Below are positions 37,146 through 48,346 of a DNA stretch of 64,000 nucleotides, one piece after another. The stretch is from Squalus acanthias (lineage: Eukaryota): the NCBI GenBank assembly GCA_030390025.1, contig CM059432.1:57104001-57168000 (forward strand). Reading direction: 5' to 3'. The position numbers and the translations under genes were made by a program. The notes below the pieces were generated by a model. That model was not told the DNA's origin. It did no database searches and saw only the letters and a program-made list of their open reading frames with translations. How positions within the stretch are numbered: the first letter of the stretch is position 1; each line of letters starts with the position of its first letter.

Positions 37146-39425
37146 ACATAACATAACAAATAGGAGCAGGAATAGGCCACTTGGCCCCTCGAGCCTGCTC
37201 CGCCATTCAATAAGATCATGGCTGATCTTGGGGCTCAAAGCCACTTCCCCGCCTGCTCCCCATAACCCTTCACTCCCTTATCTTGCAAAAATATGTCTAT
37301 CTCCACCTTAAATGTATTTAATGACCCAGCCTCCACAGCTCTCTGCGGCAGAGAATTCCACAGATTTACGACCCTCTGAGAGAAGAAATTCCTCCTCATC
37401 TCAGTTCTAAAAGGGCGACCCTTTATTCTGAAACTATGCCCCCGAGTTCTAGATTCCCCCACGAGGGGAAACATCCTCTCTGCATCTACCTTGTCGAGCC
37501 CCCTCAGTATCTTATATGTTTCAATAAGATCACCTCTCATTCTTCTAAATTCCAATGAGTATAGGCCCAGCCTGCTCAATCTTTCCTCATAAGTCAACCC
37601 CCTCATCTCTGGAATTAACCTAGTGAATCGTCTCTGAACTGCCTCCAATGCAAGTATATCCTTCCTTAAATAAGGAGACCAAAACTGTACGCAGTACTCA
37701 AGGTGTGGTCTCACCAATACCCTGTACAGTTGTAGCAGGACTTCCCTGCTTTTATACTCCAACCCCCTTGAAATAAAGGCCAACATTCCATTTGCCTTTT
37801 TGATTACTTGCTGTAACTGCATGCTAACTTTTTGTGTTTCATGCACAAGGACCCCCAGGTGCCTCTGACCTGTAGCATTTTGTAATCTCTCTCCATTTAA
37901 ATAATAGTTTGCTTTTTTATTTTTCCTGCCAAAGTGGATAACCTCACACTTTCCCACATTATACTCCATCTGCCAAATGTTTGCCCACTCACTTAGCCTG
38001 TCTATATCCCTTTGCAGGTTCTTTGAGTCCTCTGCACAACTTACTTTCCCACCCATCTTTGTATCATCCGCAAACTTGGCTACATTACACTCGGTCCCTT
38101 CATCCAAGTCATTAATGTAGATTGTAAATAGTTGAGGCCCCAGCACCGATCCCTGTGGCACCCCACTAGTTACTGTTTGCCAACCGGAAAATGACCCATT
38201 TATCCCAACTCTCTGCTTTCTATTAGTTAGCCAATTCTCTATCGATGCTAATATATTACCCCCAATTCCATGAGCTCTTATCTTATGCAGTAACCTTTTA
38301 TGTGGCACCTTATCGAATGCCTTCTGGAAATCCAAATACACCACATCCACTGGCTCACCTTTGTCCACCCTGCTCGTTACCTCCTCAAAGAGCTCCAGCA
38401 AATTTGTTAAACATGATTTCCCTTTCATAAAACCATGCTGACTCTGCTTGACTGCATTATGGTTTTCCAAATGCCCTGCTACTGCTTCCTTAATGAAGGA
38501 CTCCAGCATTTTCCCACGACAGATGTTAGGCTAACTGGTCTATAATTTCCTGCTTTCTGTCTCCCTCCTTTCTTAAATAGGGGTGTTACATTTGTGGTTT
38601 TCCAATCCGCTGGGACCTCTCCAGAGTCCAGGGAATTTTGGTATATTGCAACCAATGCATCCACTATCTCTGCAGCCACTTCTTTTAAGACCCTGGGATG
38701 CAGGCCATCTGGTCCAGGGGACTTGTCGTCTTTTAGTCCCATTATTTTACGAAGTACTATTTTCTTAGTGATAGTGATTGTCTTTAGTTCCCCCCTCCCT
38801 GTGGCCCCTTGATTATCCATTATTGGGATGTTGTTAGTGTCTTCTACCGTGAAGACAGATACAAAATATTTGTTCAGAGTCTCTGCCATTTCCCCATTCC
38901 CCATTATTAAATCCCCAGTCTCATCCTCTAAGGGACCAACGTTTACTTTAGCTACTCTCTTCCTTTTTATATACCTGTAGAAGCTCTTACTATCTGTTTT
39001 AATATTTCTTGCCAGTTTACTCTCATAATTCATCTTCTCTTTATTTTTTTAGTCATCCTTTGATGGTTTTTAAAAATGTCCCAATCCTCTGGTCTTCCAC
39101 CAATCTTGGCAACATTGTATGCCTTCGTTTTCAATTTGATACCATCCTTTACTTCCTTAGGTAGCCACGGATGGTGCTGCCTTCTCTTAAAATCTTTCTC
39201 ACTGGAATATATTTTTGTTGAGAATTATGAAATATCTCCTTAAATGTCCACCACTGCATATCAACTGTCTTACCCTTTAATTTATTTTTCCAGTCCACTT
39301 TAGCCAGTTCTGCCCTCATGCCATTGTAATTGCCTTTGTTTAAGATCAGGACACTGGTTTGAGATACAACTTTCTCACCCTCCAACTGAATTTGAAATTC
39401 AACCATGCTATGATCACTCTTTCCT
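37146..39425 (-). mobile_element. Young 5'-truncated CR1 LINE
   Basis: 424-aa uninterrupted RT ORF 37235-38509 plus upstream pieces 38479-39033 and 39149-39469; tail at 37146. Confidence 0.95.
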
Positions 39426-39598
39426 ACTTGCCCTTGAGAAGGTGGTGGTGAGCTGCCTTCTTGAACCACTGCAGTCCGTGAGGTGAAGGTACTCCCACAA
39501 TGCTGTTAGGGAAGGAGTTCCAAGATTTTGACCCAACGACGATGAAGGAACGGCGATATATTTCCAAGTCAGGATGGTGTGTGACTTGGATGTGGTGT
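39426..39598 (-). mobile_element. 3' end of a different CR1-group LINE (terminal piece at ~37105-37145), split by the young CR1
   Basis: Minus strand encodes ..SKSWNSLPNSIVGVPSPHGLQWFKKAAHHHLLKG; the matching end GCATGTGGGCATCGCTGGC lies left of the CR1. Confidence 0.6.
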
Positions 39599-39808
39599 CA
39601 ATAGACACACTGTTGATTAACTGGAGGCCTCATTGATTGACAGCTAAGGTCTCATGTCTTTCCCTTTACAAGAATTATATTGGTAGTAACTAATTTCAAT
39701 GAGCAGTGAGTGAATCTTGCAGCCAACAGTCTGCACTTTAAAAAGAAAGCGAATGCTAGCTTTTCAAATGGGAGGTAAGCAAAATTGTCGCTACAGCAAA
39801 GAAACTTT

Positions 39809-39963
39809 GGGGGTGAATTTCCAAGGGTGTTCGCCCACTCGTCTGCTGTAACTTTGGGAAAAGAACTGCAGAAACCCTAGAAACACAACATTAACAGGTT
39901 TCTGCATTTCGTTCACTGAAGTTACAGCAGAAAAGTGGGAGTACACCATTGCAATTTGCCCCC
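39809..39963. mobile_element. Short palindromic MITE
   Basis: GGGGGTGAATTT...AATTTGCCCCC with internal inverted arms (CTGCTGTAACTT/AAGTTACAGCAG, TGCAGAAACC/GGTTTCTGCA). Confidence 0.7.
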
Positions 39964-40279
39964 ATGTTTAAATATATTGAGGAGTGTGGAGAAGTATATA
40001 TTTCACTGTGTGCTGTTAATTTAGCTACCTTGTGTAAATAAAGCCACTTGTTGGTCCAAAGCCTCTGTCTCAGTTTGGTAACATATATTCAGTTTGCTTT
40101 CAGAAAGAGAGAGAAGAATTCATGTCGTGCTGCCAGTACACAGAGTAAAGGTTCCCTTTTATGATCCTTGTGTCTTGTCTGCGTATATATTGGGCAGAAA
40201 AAGGTGCATTCTGGATCGTAGAGAATGCAAGGTCTGTTTGCAACAATGACTGGTGACACCAAATCCAAGAAAATATATA

Positions 40280-40747
40280 GTCAGCCTTGGTTCAGTGGTA
40301 GCACTCTCGTCACTGAGTCAGAAGGTTTTGGATTCAAGCCCTACTCCAGAGACTTGAGCACTTAATCTAGGCTGACACTTCAGTGCAGTACTGATGGAGT
40401 GCTGTGCAGTCGGAGGTGCCATCTTTTGAATGAGATGTTAAACTGAGGCCCCGTCTGCCTTCTCGGGTGGTAAAGGATTCCATGGCACTATTCGAAGAAG
40501 AGCAGGAGGGTTCTCCAGGTGTCCAGGCCAATATTTATCCCTCAACCAACATCACTAAAACAGATTATCTGGGCATTATCACATTGCTGTTTGTGGGACC
40601 TTGCTATGTGCAAATGTGTGTAATATGTGCCATGTTTCCTTGTAATACAACAGTGACTACATTTCAAAAGTACTTCATTGGCTGTAAAGCGTATTTGGGA
40701 CGTCCTGAGGACGTGAAAGGTGCTATATAAATGCAAGTTCTTTCTTT
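40280..40747 (+). mobile_element. Full-length tRNA-derived Deu-SINE (SacSINE1-like)
   Basis: A box TGGTTCAGTGG (40288), B box GGATTCAAGCC (40330), Deu body, tail GCTATATAAATGCAAGTTCTTTCTTT. Confidence 0.9.
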
Positions 40748-43610
40748 AGTGCAATAACCCAAAAATATGACTTATTATTACAAATTTACTATGTAATACA
40801 TATGCTTACCAGCTAAATATGACTATAAAAATATTTTTAGTGTTTTTGGAGTAAACATTGACATCAAAATGTTCCATTCCCAGGGGTTAAAGGTTTAAGA
40901 CAAAAATTGGAAATCTAATTATAATATATACTGACTATAAGTAAATAATATGATAACATACTTTCCAAAAAATGTTCTGGTAGACAACTGGAAATTTATC
41001 TTAAAAAGCTTGCAATAATGTCATCAAAATTGTTAATCTTTTACACTGAATGTCAGCATATAACAATGTCATTCAGATTGACAGTCACTGCAACACAAGA
41101 AAAACTCGTAAATTGAATAAAATAATCACACCATTAACAGTTGTCTATATAATTAATTATGGGGCAGTAATATAATTTCAGGGTTCAGATGATGATTATG
41201 TTCCTTCTCATGGGGTATGGCATTGTTCTAACATGTTGATTTGCATGGTGCCTTTTAATCACTCCCTGGTGTACTTTTTTCTCTCTGTATAACCAGCACA
41301 CATTACAGTTGGACAGGCACTACCCATTTAGTATGACTGCTTACATCAACATAGATTGCAATTTGAAGCCATTGAGGAGAGCTCCAGGCATTTCCATATT
41401 GCAGTGCTGGTGACCTACAACTACTTCAAGGTCCATTTCATATCCAAAATTCTAAAGCTGTCTTGACTGAAAATATTACAGCATTCTTTGCAGGTGACAG
41501 ATACCCCTGTCCCAGCTTCTTAATATATTTTAAGTTCTTGATGCCATTTCTCATTTCTACTGGAAGCATTGCCAAGTTGGACATTAAAGGTGCAGACCAA
41601 TGATGTTGCCTGTGATTAAAATCCCTCTGTCCCAAGCATATCTGTGGATAGGCAGCCCTGCGATCCCGATTGATATTCATGTGCAAAATATCAATGCGAC
41701 TTCCTCATGGTGTCAGTGACCAGCTGCAGTTATCAATACAACTAAGTATTTGTTATTTTTGAATCCCAACAAAGTGATGGTTAATGGTTCATTTATGCCA
41801 TGGGTGGAAATCACTGTAGTTCTGATTTAGTAGCATAGTATTTTGAAGCAGTCATTTTTAACAGAGTGATGTAGTACATGGATTTGTGCTAAACTCCTCC
41901 ATGTGCAGTAAGGTGATTCATTGCTTCTATTTTTATTTTATCTTCGTGATTTTTGTATCCAGTGCTTCTGAAACAACCAGGGTTGTTATTGGCTGGAATA
42001 TTCTGCAACTATAATAAGGGTCTGCAGAAAGTCTTGAATTGTGATCTGAGAGCTTGAGTCTCTAAGTTAATCAATAGTTAATTATGTTAGTAAACAGATT
42101 CCCTTTGCAGTAATTTTTCGTGGACATCTGTGCTCTTCAATGTGAGGGATGTTAGTACTAGGGAACAAAATACGTTTTAAGTTTTGCACCCAAAGTAAAG
42201 ATGAAACACTCGCACGTGAAGTACAGCAGAGGGTGCTTGTAGGACAACGCTCCCTCTACTCTGCATCAAAAATGTGCCTTAACAGCAACCTCAGAAAACC
42301 TACTATACTATTGAAGTACTGCATTGCCCCCATCAGCTCACTTTATGGCCTCTCTGCAATATTGCCAATTTTTGGTGAACTTTGAACTATGAGCCTATGC
42401 TTACTAAGAACAATATTGAGACTGTTGAAACCTATTTCACACAGGATGCTTATATGAGGAGATTTTCATCCCATCAGTCCCAAGTAGATTCAAACCCAGA
42501 TCCTAGAGATGAAAGGGACTATTCACTTGCGCTACTTTGTCACCCATATCCCTAATTATTTAAAATTGCTATATTTTACAAGATATCACTGTGTCTCTTT
42601 CCAAATGTACAGTAAATTATTTGTCACTTCATATGCACCTCCAGACTTTTTTTTTATTATATGAGTATGAAAGAGAAGCTATTACATTGGTAACTTCTAA
42701 GGAAAGGATTCACACAACTCTTTACTGCAGACCCTGTCTGGTGAAGGTAGAATATTTTCCAAGGAATGATTCTGTATTGGCTTCACAGCACTGACTGTGA
42801 CAGGCACTGAGCCTTCTAGCACAGCTATTCTCCAAGACAGTCCAGTCCATTTCATAACTGAGGCAAGGGCCTTTTTTTTCTCTTTCTGTGCTGTGATAAG
42901 TAGATGCCTTTTTAACCTACAAATGCTAGTTATGTGGATCTACCTTGTTCGGGCAGAATGTTTAGATGATCATGAATTGAGATTAAGCTGATGGGTCTGA
43001 TTGTAATTTTATCTCCGTTATACCGTGTTGTCTTGATTATCCCTTTCTAGGCAATAAAGCTATAAATTATAAGTCAAGGATGTTGATGGAAGGACATCAT
43101 GTGGGCGTGTTTATGTATGCCATTTATTTCCATTTAAGATTAAATATCTATCCTGTATAAATACCAGTAGTGTACACTGCGGGTACATGCAGAGGATATT
43201 GTTGGTGATTCATCCTTTGTGCACATGCAGACTAAGACTACCCTTTAGCACAGATGGTGTGGCACTGACTCATGCAGTACTGGACTGGTCTATGGTGAGT
43301 TAGCTGATTTTATGACAACAGTAGGGATGCTACAGCTGAGCTCAGTGTCCTTGAGCTAGAGATAGGAAAAGCCAATTAAGGTTTCTGTTCCTGATTGCTA
43401 TTTGGGGACATCTGCCAATTGTGTATATGTCGTGAGAGGGGATGATGCTTCACTATGATAGCTCCTGGAAATTGTACCAGAGGAACACTTCCACCACATA
43501 TAAGCATGCCTTCAGAATGGAGGCAAGATTGGAGAGAATTAGAGTATTAGGACAATCTCGGAGATTCTTAAGCTTTCTTTGTAAACCTTGGCCTTTTTCT
43601 CTTTCTACAG

Positions 43611-43834
43611 ATGTGCTGGTAGCTGGGAAGCCCTGCGACTGTGACATTGTGGTCGAGTGTCAGGCTGGTGACCCAACCTCCCTGGAAGTGAAGCTCACTA
43701 ACCAGAGCAAGCGCACTGTTGGCCCTTTTGCCCTCACTGTCATTCCATACCAGGACTATCAAAATGGGGTCCACAACAACGATCTTGGCAATGCTGTTAC
43801 TTCAATTGGATCCAATACATTCTATATAGATGCA
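43611..43834 (+). CDS. TRAPPC9: Trafficking protein particle complex subunit 9, penultimate coding exon
   Basis: Polypyrimidine-CAG acceptor and GTAAGT donor; 224 nt, phase 1 to 0. Encodes [75 protein letters not shown], recognisably homologous to the vertebrate TRAPPC9 C-terminus (DVLVDGQPC...[23 protein letters not shown]). Confidence 0.95.
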
Positions 43835-44047
43835 GTAAGTAGACCATTTAAAAATGAACAGGTCCATAATGCACTGTCTATTTTGTGTTCAGCTGCTGTG
43901 AAGGATATAGTTTATTAATGTCTCAGAAATGGTCAGTAAATTTTAACAAGTAATTCCTATAGAAATGACATAATAAAGATTAACTTTGTTGCAGAAAGTT
44001 GTCCACAAGAAGCAGACAAGGGTTGTATCTCTTACCTGACATTCAGA

Positions 44048-44218
44048 GGGGGTGAAATTCGTCTTGGGCTGTCGTGCAAAATGGGTGATAGCGCATCGAC
44101 AGCCTGTTTTACACTCTGCCCAATTTTTTTTTTCTAGTGAAGTCAATGAAAAAGAGACTCGGGCAGACGAGGTGCTATGGCAGCATTTGCACTGCTGCCC
44201 AAGATGAATTTCACCCCC
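44048..44218. mobile_element. 171-bp Harbinger-like MITE
   Basis: 22-bp TIRs GGGGGTGAAATTCGTCTTGGGC / GCCCAAGATGAATTTCACCCCC (1 mismatch); TSD AGA. Confidence 0.9.
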
Positions 44219-44329
44219 AGAATCTTTCAGATGAAGCTTGCAGATACTATTTGACTGAAATTAAGGCTTCAAATAGTTATTTCCTGCCCCGAATCATTAC
44301 AGAATGTAACATAATGCCAAAGTAGATGC

Positions 44330-45746
44330 AGATCATGGCTGATCTTGGGCTCAAAGCCACTTCCCAGCCCGCTCCCCATAACCTTTCACTCCCTTATCAT
44401 GCAAAAATCTGTCTATCTCCACCATAAATGTATTTAATGACTCCGCCTCCACAGCTCTCTGCGGCAGAGAATTCCACAGATTTACGACCCTCTGAGAGAA
44501 GAAATTCCTCCTCATCTCATTTCTAAAAGGGCGACCCTTTATTCTGAAACTATGCCCCCAAGATCTAGGTTCCCCCACGAGGAGAAACATCCTCTCTGCA
44601 TCTACCTTGTCGAGCCCCCTCAGTATCTTATATGTTTCAATAAGATCACCTCTCATTCTTCTAAATTCCAATGAGTATAGGCCCAGCCTGCTCAATCTTT
44701 CCTCATAAGTCAACCCCCTCATCTCTGGAATTAACCTAGTGAATCGTCTCTGAACTGCCTCCAATGCAAGTATATCCTTCCTTAAATAAGGAGACCAAAA
44801 ATGTACGCAGTACTCAAGGTGTGGTCTCACCAATACCCTGTACAGTTGTAGCAGGACTTCCCTGCTTTTATACTCCAACCCCCTTGAAATAAAGGCCAAC
44901 ATTCCATTTGCCTTTTTGATTACTTGCTGTACCTGCATGCTAACTTTTTGTGTTTCATGCACAAAGGACCCCCAGGTCCCTCTGAACTGTAGCATTTTGT
45001 AAAATCTCTCCATTTAAATAATAATTTGCTTTTTTATTTTTCCTGCCAAAGTGGATAACCTCGCACTTTCCCGCATTATACTCCATCTGCCAAATGTTTG
45101 CCCACTCACTTAGCCTGTCTATATCCCTTTGCAGATTCTTGAGTCCTCTGCACAACTTACTTTCCCACCCATCTTTGTATCATCCGCAAACTTGGCTACA
45201 TTACACTCGGTCCCTTCATCCACGTCATTAATGTAGATTGTAAATAGTTGAGGCCCCAGCACCGATCCCTGTGGCACCCCACTAGTTAACGTTTGCCAAC
45301 CAGAAAATGACCCATTTATCCCGACTCTCTGCTTTCTGTTAGTTAGCCAATTCTCTATCCATGCTAATATATTACCCCCAATTCCGGGAGCTCTTATCTT
45401 ATGCAGTAACCTTTTATGTGGCACCTTATCCACTGGCTCGTTACATCCTCAAAGAACTCCAGCAAATTTGTTAAACATGATTTCCCTTTCATAAAACCAT
45501 GCTGACTCTGCTTGACTGCAATATGATTTTCCAAATGCCCTGCTACTGCTTCCTTAATGAAGGACTCCAGCATTTTCCCAACGACAGATGTTAGGCTAAC
45601 TGGTCTATAATTTCCTGCTTTCTGTCTCCCTCCTTTCTTAAATAGGGGTGTTACATTTGTGGTTTTCCAATCCGCTGGGACCTCTCCAGAGTCCAGGGAA
45701 TTTTGGTATATTGCAACCAATGCATCCACTATCTCTGCAGCCACTT
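44330..45746 (-). mobile_element. Young CR1, near-identical to 37146-38680, lacking the extreme 3' tail
   Basis: ORFs 44351-45013, 45119-45433 and 45394-45816; long identical stretches with the 37-38 kb copy. Confidence 0.95.
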
Positions 45747-46500
45747 GCTTTCTTCCTCCCTCCTTGAACAGGGGTGTAACATTTGCCATCCTCCAATCCT
45801 TTGGCACAATTCCCATTTTTAAAGAATTTTGGGAAAATTATGGTTAGTTCTTCTATTATCTCTTCCCCAACCTCTCTAGTATTGTGGGATGCTTACATTC
45901 TGGGTCTGGTAACTTTTCTAATTTCAGTTCCATTAACATTTTTAATACAGTTTCCTTTTGCATACTTATCTGCAGTCGTGGCTCTTCCATATCCTCCTTA
46001 GCTACTCCTACAGTCCTACTTTCACCTTCCTCTGTAAAAACTGATTTGAAATACTTACTGAGCATCTCTACTATTACCTTACTCTCAACAGCAAACTGGT
46101 CAATTCATTTCAAAGTGGACCCTCCCCTTCTTGGACTATGCTTTTACGTATGTGTTAATTCCCTTTATTTTGGCCACCAGTCTTCTTTCATACTCCCATT
46201 TATCCCTCCTAATGACTCTTTCTGCTTCCTTTTTATCCTTTTTATAATTTTCCCAGTTTTCTTCTGTATTATACCCTGGCATTTATCATATGCCTGTTTT
46301 TTAAAATCTAATTTTTACTCTAATATCTCTAATTATCTATTAAAACCTTACCTTTACTTGTCAGAATATATTTATTATTATCCCTCTCATATTTAATTAT
46401 CTCCCACTGCTGGTTTGCTGTTTGATGTGCCATTTTTTGAACCAATTATTCTGGGTTAGGTCTCCTCATCCAACTGAAATGAGCTAATTCCAGCCCAGCA
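45747..46500 (-). mobile_element. Older CR1 fragment abutting the young copy
   Basis: Diverged VPKDWRMANVTPLFKEG and LSKYFKSVFTEE...LKMLMELKLEK. Confidence 0.7.
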
Positions 46501-46672
46501 TCTTAATGTTGGATTCCTCTTTTTCAGAAATCTTTTTTAAATCACAATGAGATAAATAATTTTGAAATGCATAATTATGTCACTTGTGTGTGATGTAATT
46601 GGCATAAAATCGATGCAAGACTGCTTATTCTGCTGCCTTTGAAAACAAATAAATTTTCCTTATAAAGATAGT

Positions 46673-47337
46673 AGCCCATATTTTCCGATCCCTACGGGTG
46701 TGTACGAGCTGTGTCCACACCCATAGGGACCGCACAAGTGCCGGTTTCAGGCATGCGAAGTGCATACACTGAAAACGGGCATTTCCGATCTGTCAAGAAT
46801 CCTCTTGACAGATCCTCCGCCTGCCCTGGAGAAGGGCCTCTGCGGGTGGAGTGTTCCGCTTTCTGCAGAACCTCCGCCCGCTGAAATCCCTTAAAAATCT
46901 TACGCCTGGTAAAAGCAGGCGTAAGGCCTGCTTTTACCAGCATAAGAGTTTAAAAAAGTTTTTTAAAAATGTTTTCACTAATTTATAATATTTAATTTAA
47001 TGTAATTTTCACTCATTTTAAAAACGTGACTTAAAAAAATTATTTAATGTTTTGATGTGTTTTTGGAGTGATCTCCATTCATACTTTTGACAGGTCTAAG
47101 CTGTCAAAAGTATGAAGGGAGATTCCCTTCTTTCATTGGTTCCTTATGGCCCACGTGATCCCAGGGACGCTTGCGAACCCTATGCGCCCCTGGGTTACGT
47201 GGGCCCTGTGCATTTCGTAGAGCAGAGGCCCAGGAGTGGAAATGGCTGGACCTCTGGAGCTCTCAAGTAAGGGCGTAGATTTTTTCCAGATCGGAGGCCT
47301 CCGCACGCAGGAAGCCTCCGATCGGAAAATACGGGCC
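46673..47337. mobile_element. Harbinger-like MITE (family A)
   Basis: 18-bp TIRs AGCCCATATTTTCCGATC / GATCGGAAAATACGGGCC; TSD AGT; internal hairpins; homologous to 1346-2365. Confidence 0.85.
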
Positions 47338-47538
47338 AGTGTGATTTGACCTTAACAGATAGATTTTTTTACCATAATAGATTAACAGAAGGTTGCTACC
47401 ACTAGTTTACTAGATAAATACTGAATTTTTTTTTAAAGTGTGCTTACATAGTGACAGTTAATGGCCCTACACCAACTGCTTTATCTTGCTGTGTTAATAG
47501 TATTTTGATAGCTGGACATGGTTTTCAACTTCTACATT

Positions 47539-48221
47539 GGCCCATCATTTTCTATCAAAATAACGGGGAGGCTAATGGCACTCGCTGTTATTTATCCGCA
47601 AATGCTACAGCAACTTCAGGCGAGGGCCGATGCGGAGTTCAACGCAGAAATCCAAAGGTTGCTGTTGCTCCGCCGTTAGCTTCGTGAAAATGGCTTTGCA
47701 CTGTCTGGCTCACCATTGAAATGCATTGAATGGCGTGAAGTTGCGATATTTGTGGTAGATACGAACTAAACGCGCCATAGAAAGTTAAATCTTGTCCATT
47801 TCAGTTTAAATACCTTTTTAACATCGTGATAAGTGTCAATTACTGCCAGTCAACCTCTCTGGCACTGAAAATTAACTATTACAAGTGTGAAGTCTCATTC
47901 CTTCAAGTTTTAATTGTTATTGGAGATATTTAAAATTATTTAAAAAAAATACTTTTCTTTTCTGTTTCTATTTTTCTCTCTCTTAATCCAGCCATTTTTT
48001 CCCTCTTTTTATTTCTCTTTCTGTATCTGATTTGACATTGAATTTACCCATTCTAATTTATGCTTCCTTCTTCGTTCTTGTGCTGTTAATTTCACAGTCC
48101 TTCAATCAGCTCGCACTTTCAGCAACTTGCCATGCAAACATTTAAAAAACCTAAACTTGCAAGGGCAAGTCTAACTAACAGCAGATGCCGTTAGATGCCC
48201 TGCCACAACAAATTATGGCCC
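47539..48221. mobile_element. Harbinger-like MITE (family C)
   Basis: TIRs GGCCCATCATTT / AAATTATGGCCC; TSD ATT. Part resembles window positions 390-460. Confidence 0.65.
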
Positions 48222-48346
48222 ATTATGTTATTCCTATTAATTGTCTTTTCATATTCCATGGAAAAGACACCACATCATTTTCTAATTCCTGGATCTATTG
48301 TTCATTCACATTCATTTGAATGGACTGTTCACATTACATAAACATT

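Noticed and set aside
40280..40350. tRNA gene (also 23727 and 33430-33497)
   Set aside because: The A/B boxes are SINE heads that continue into a Deu-SINE body.
41400..41750. Possible extra exon (SVDRQPCD resembles TRAPPC9 VDGQPCD)
   Set aside because: That frame has several stops and no convincing splice sites; probably chance.
43250..43520. Degenerate second SINE family (also ~24760-25000)
   Set aside because: Similarity is suggestive but too decayed to define boundaries or family.
1..43610. Further upstream TRAPPC9 exons
   Set aside because: I found no segment encoding the expected preceding peptide (..LEHLQLAPLQW-like) with splice sites. It probably lies upstream of the window, although a short exon could be missed by eye.
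43442..43918. 158-aa single-exon ORF
   Set aside because: Only 43611-43834 is the spliced TRAPPC9 exon; the flanks are intronic read-through.
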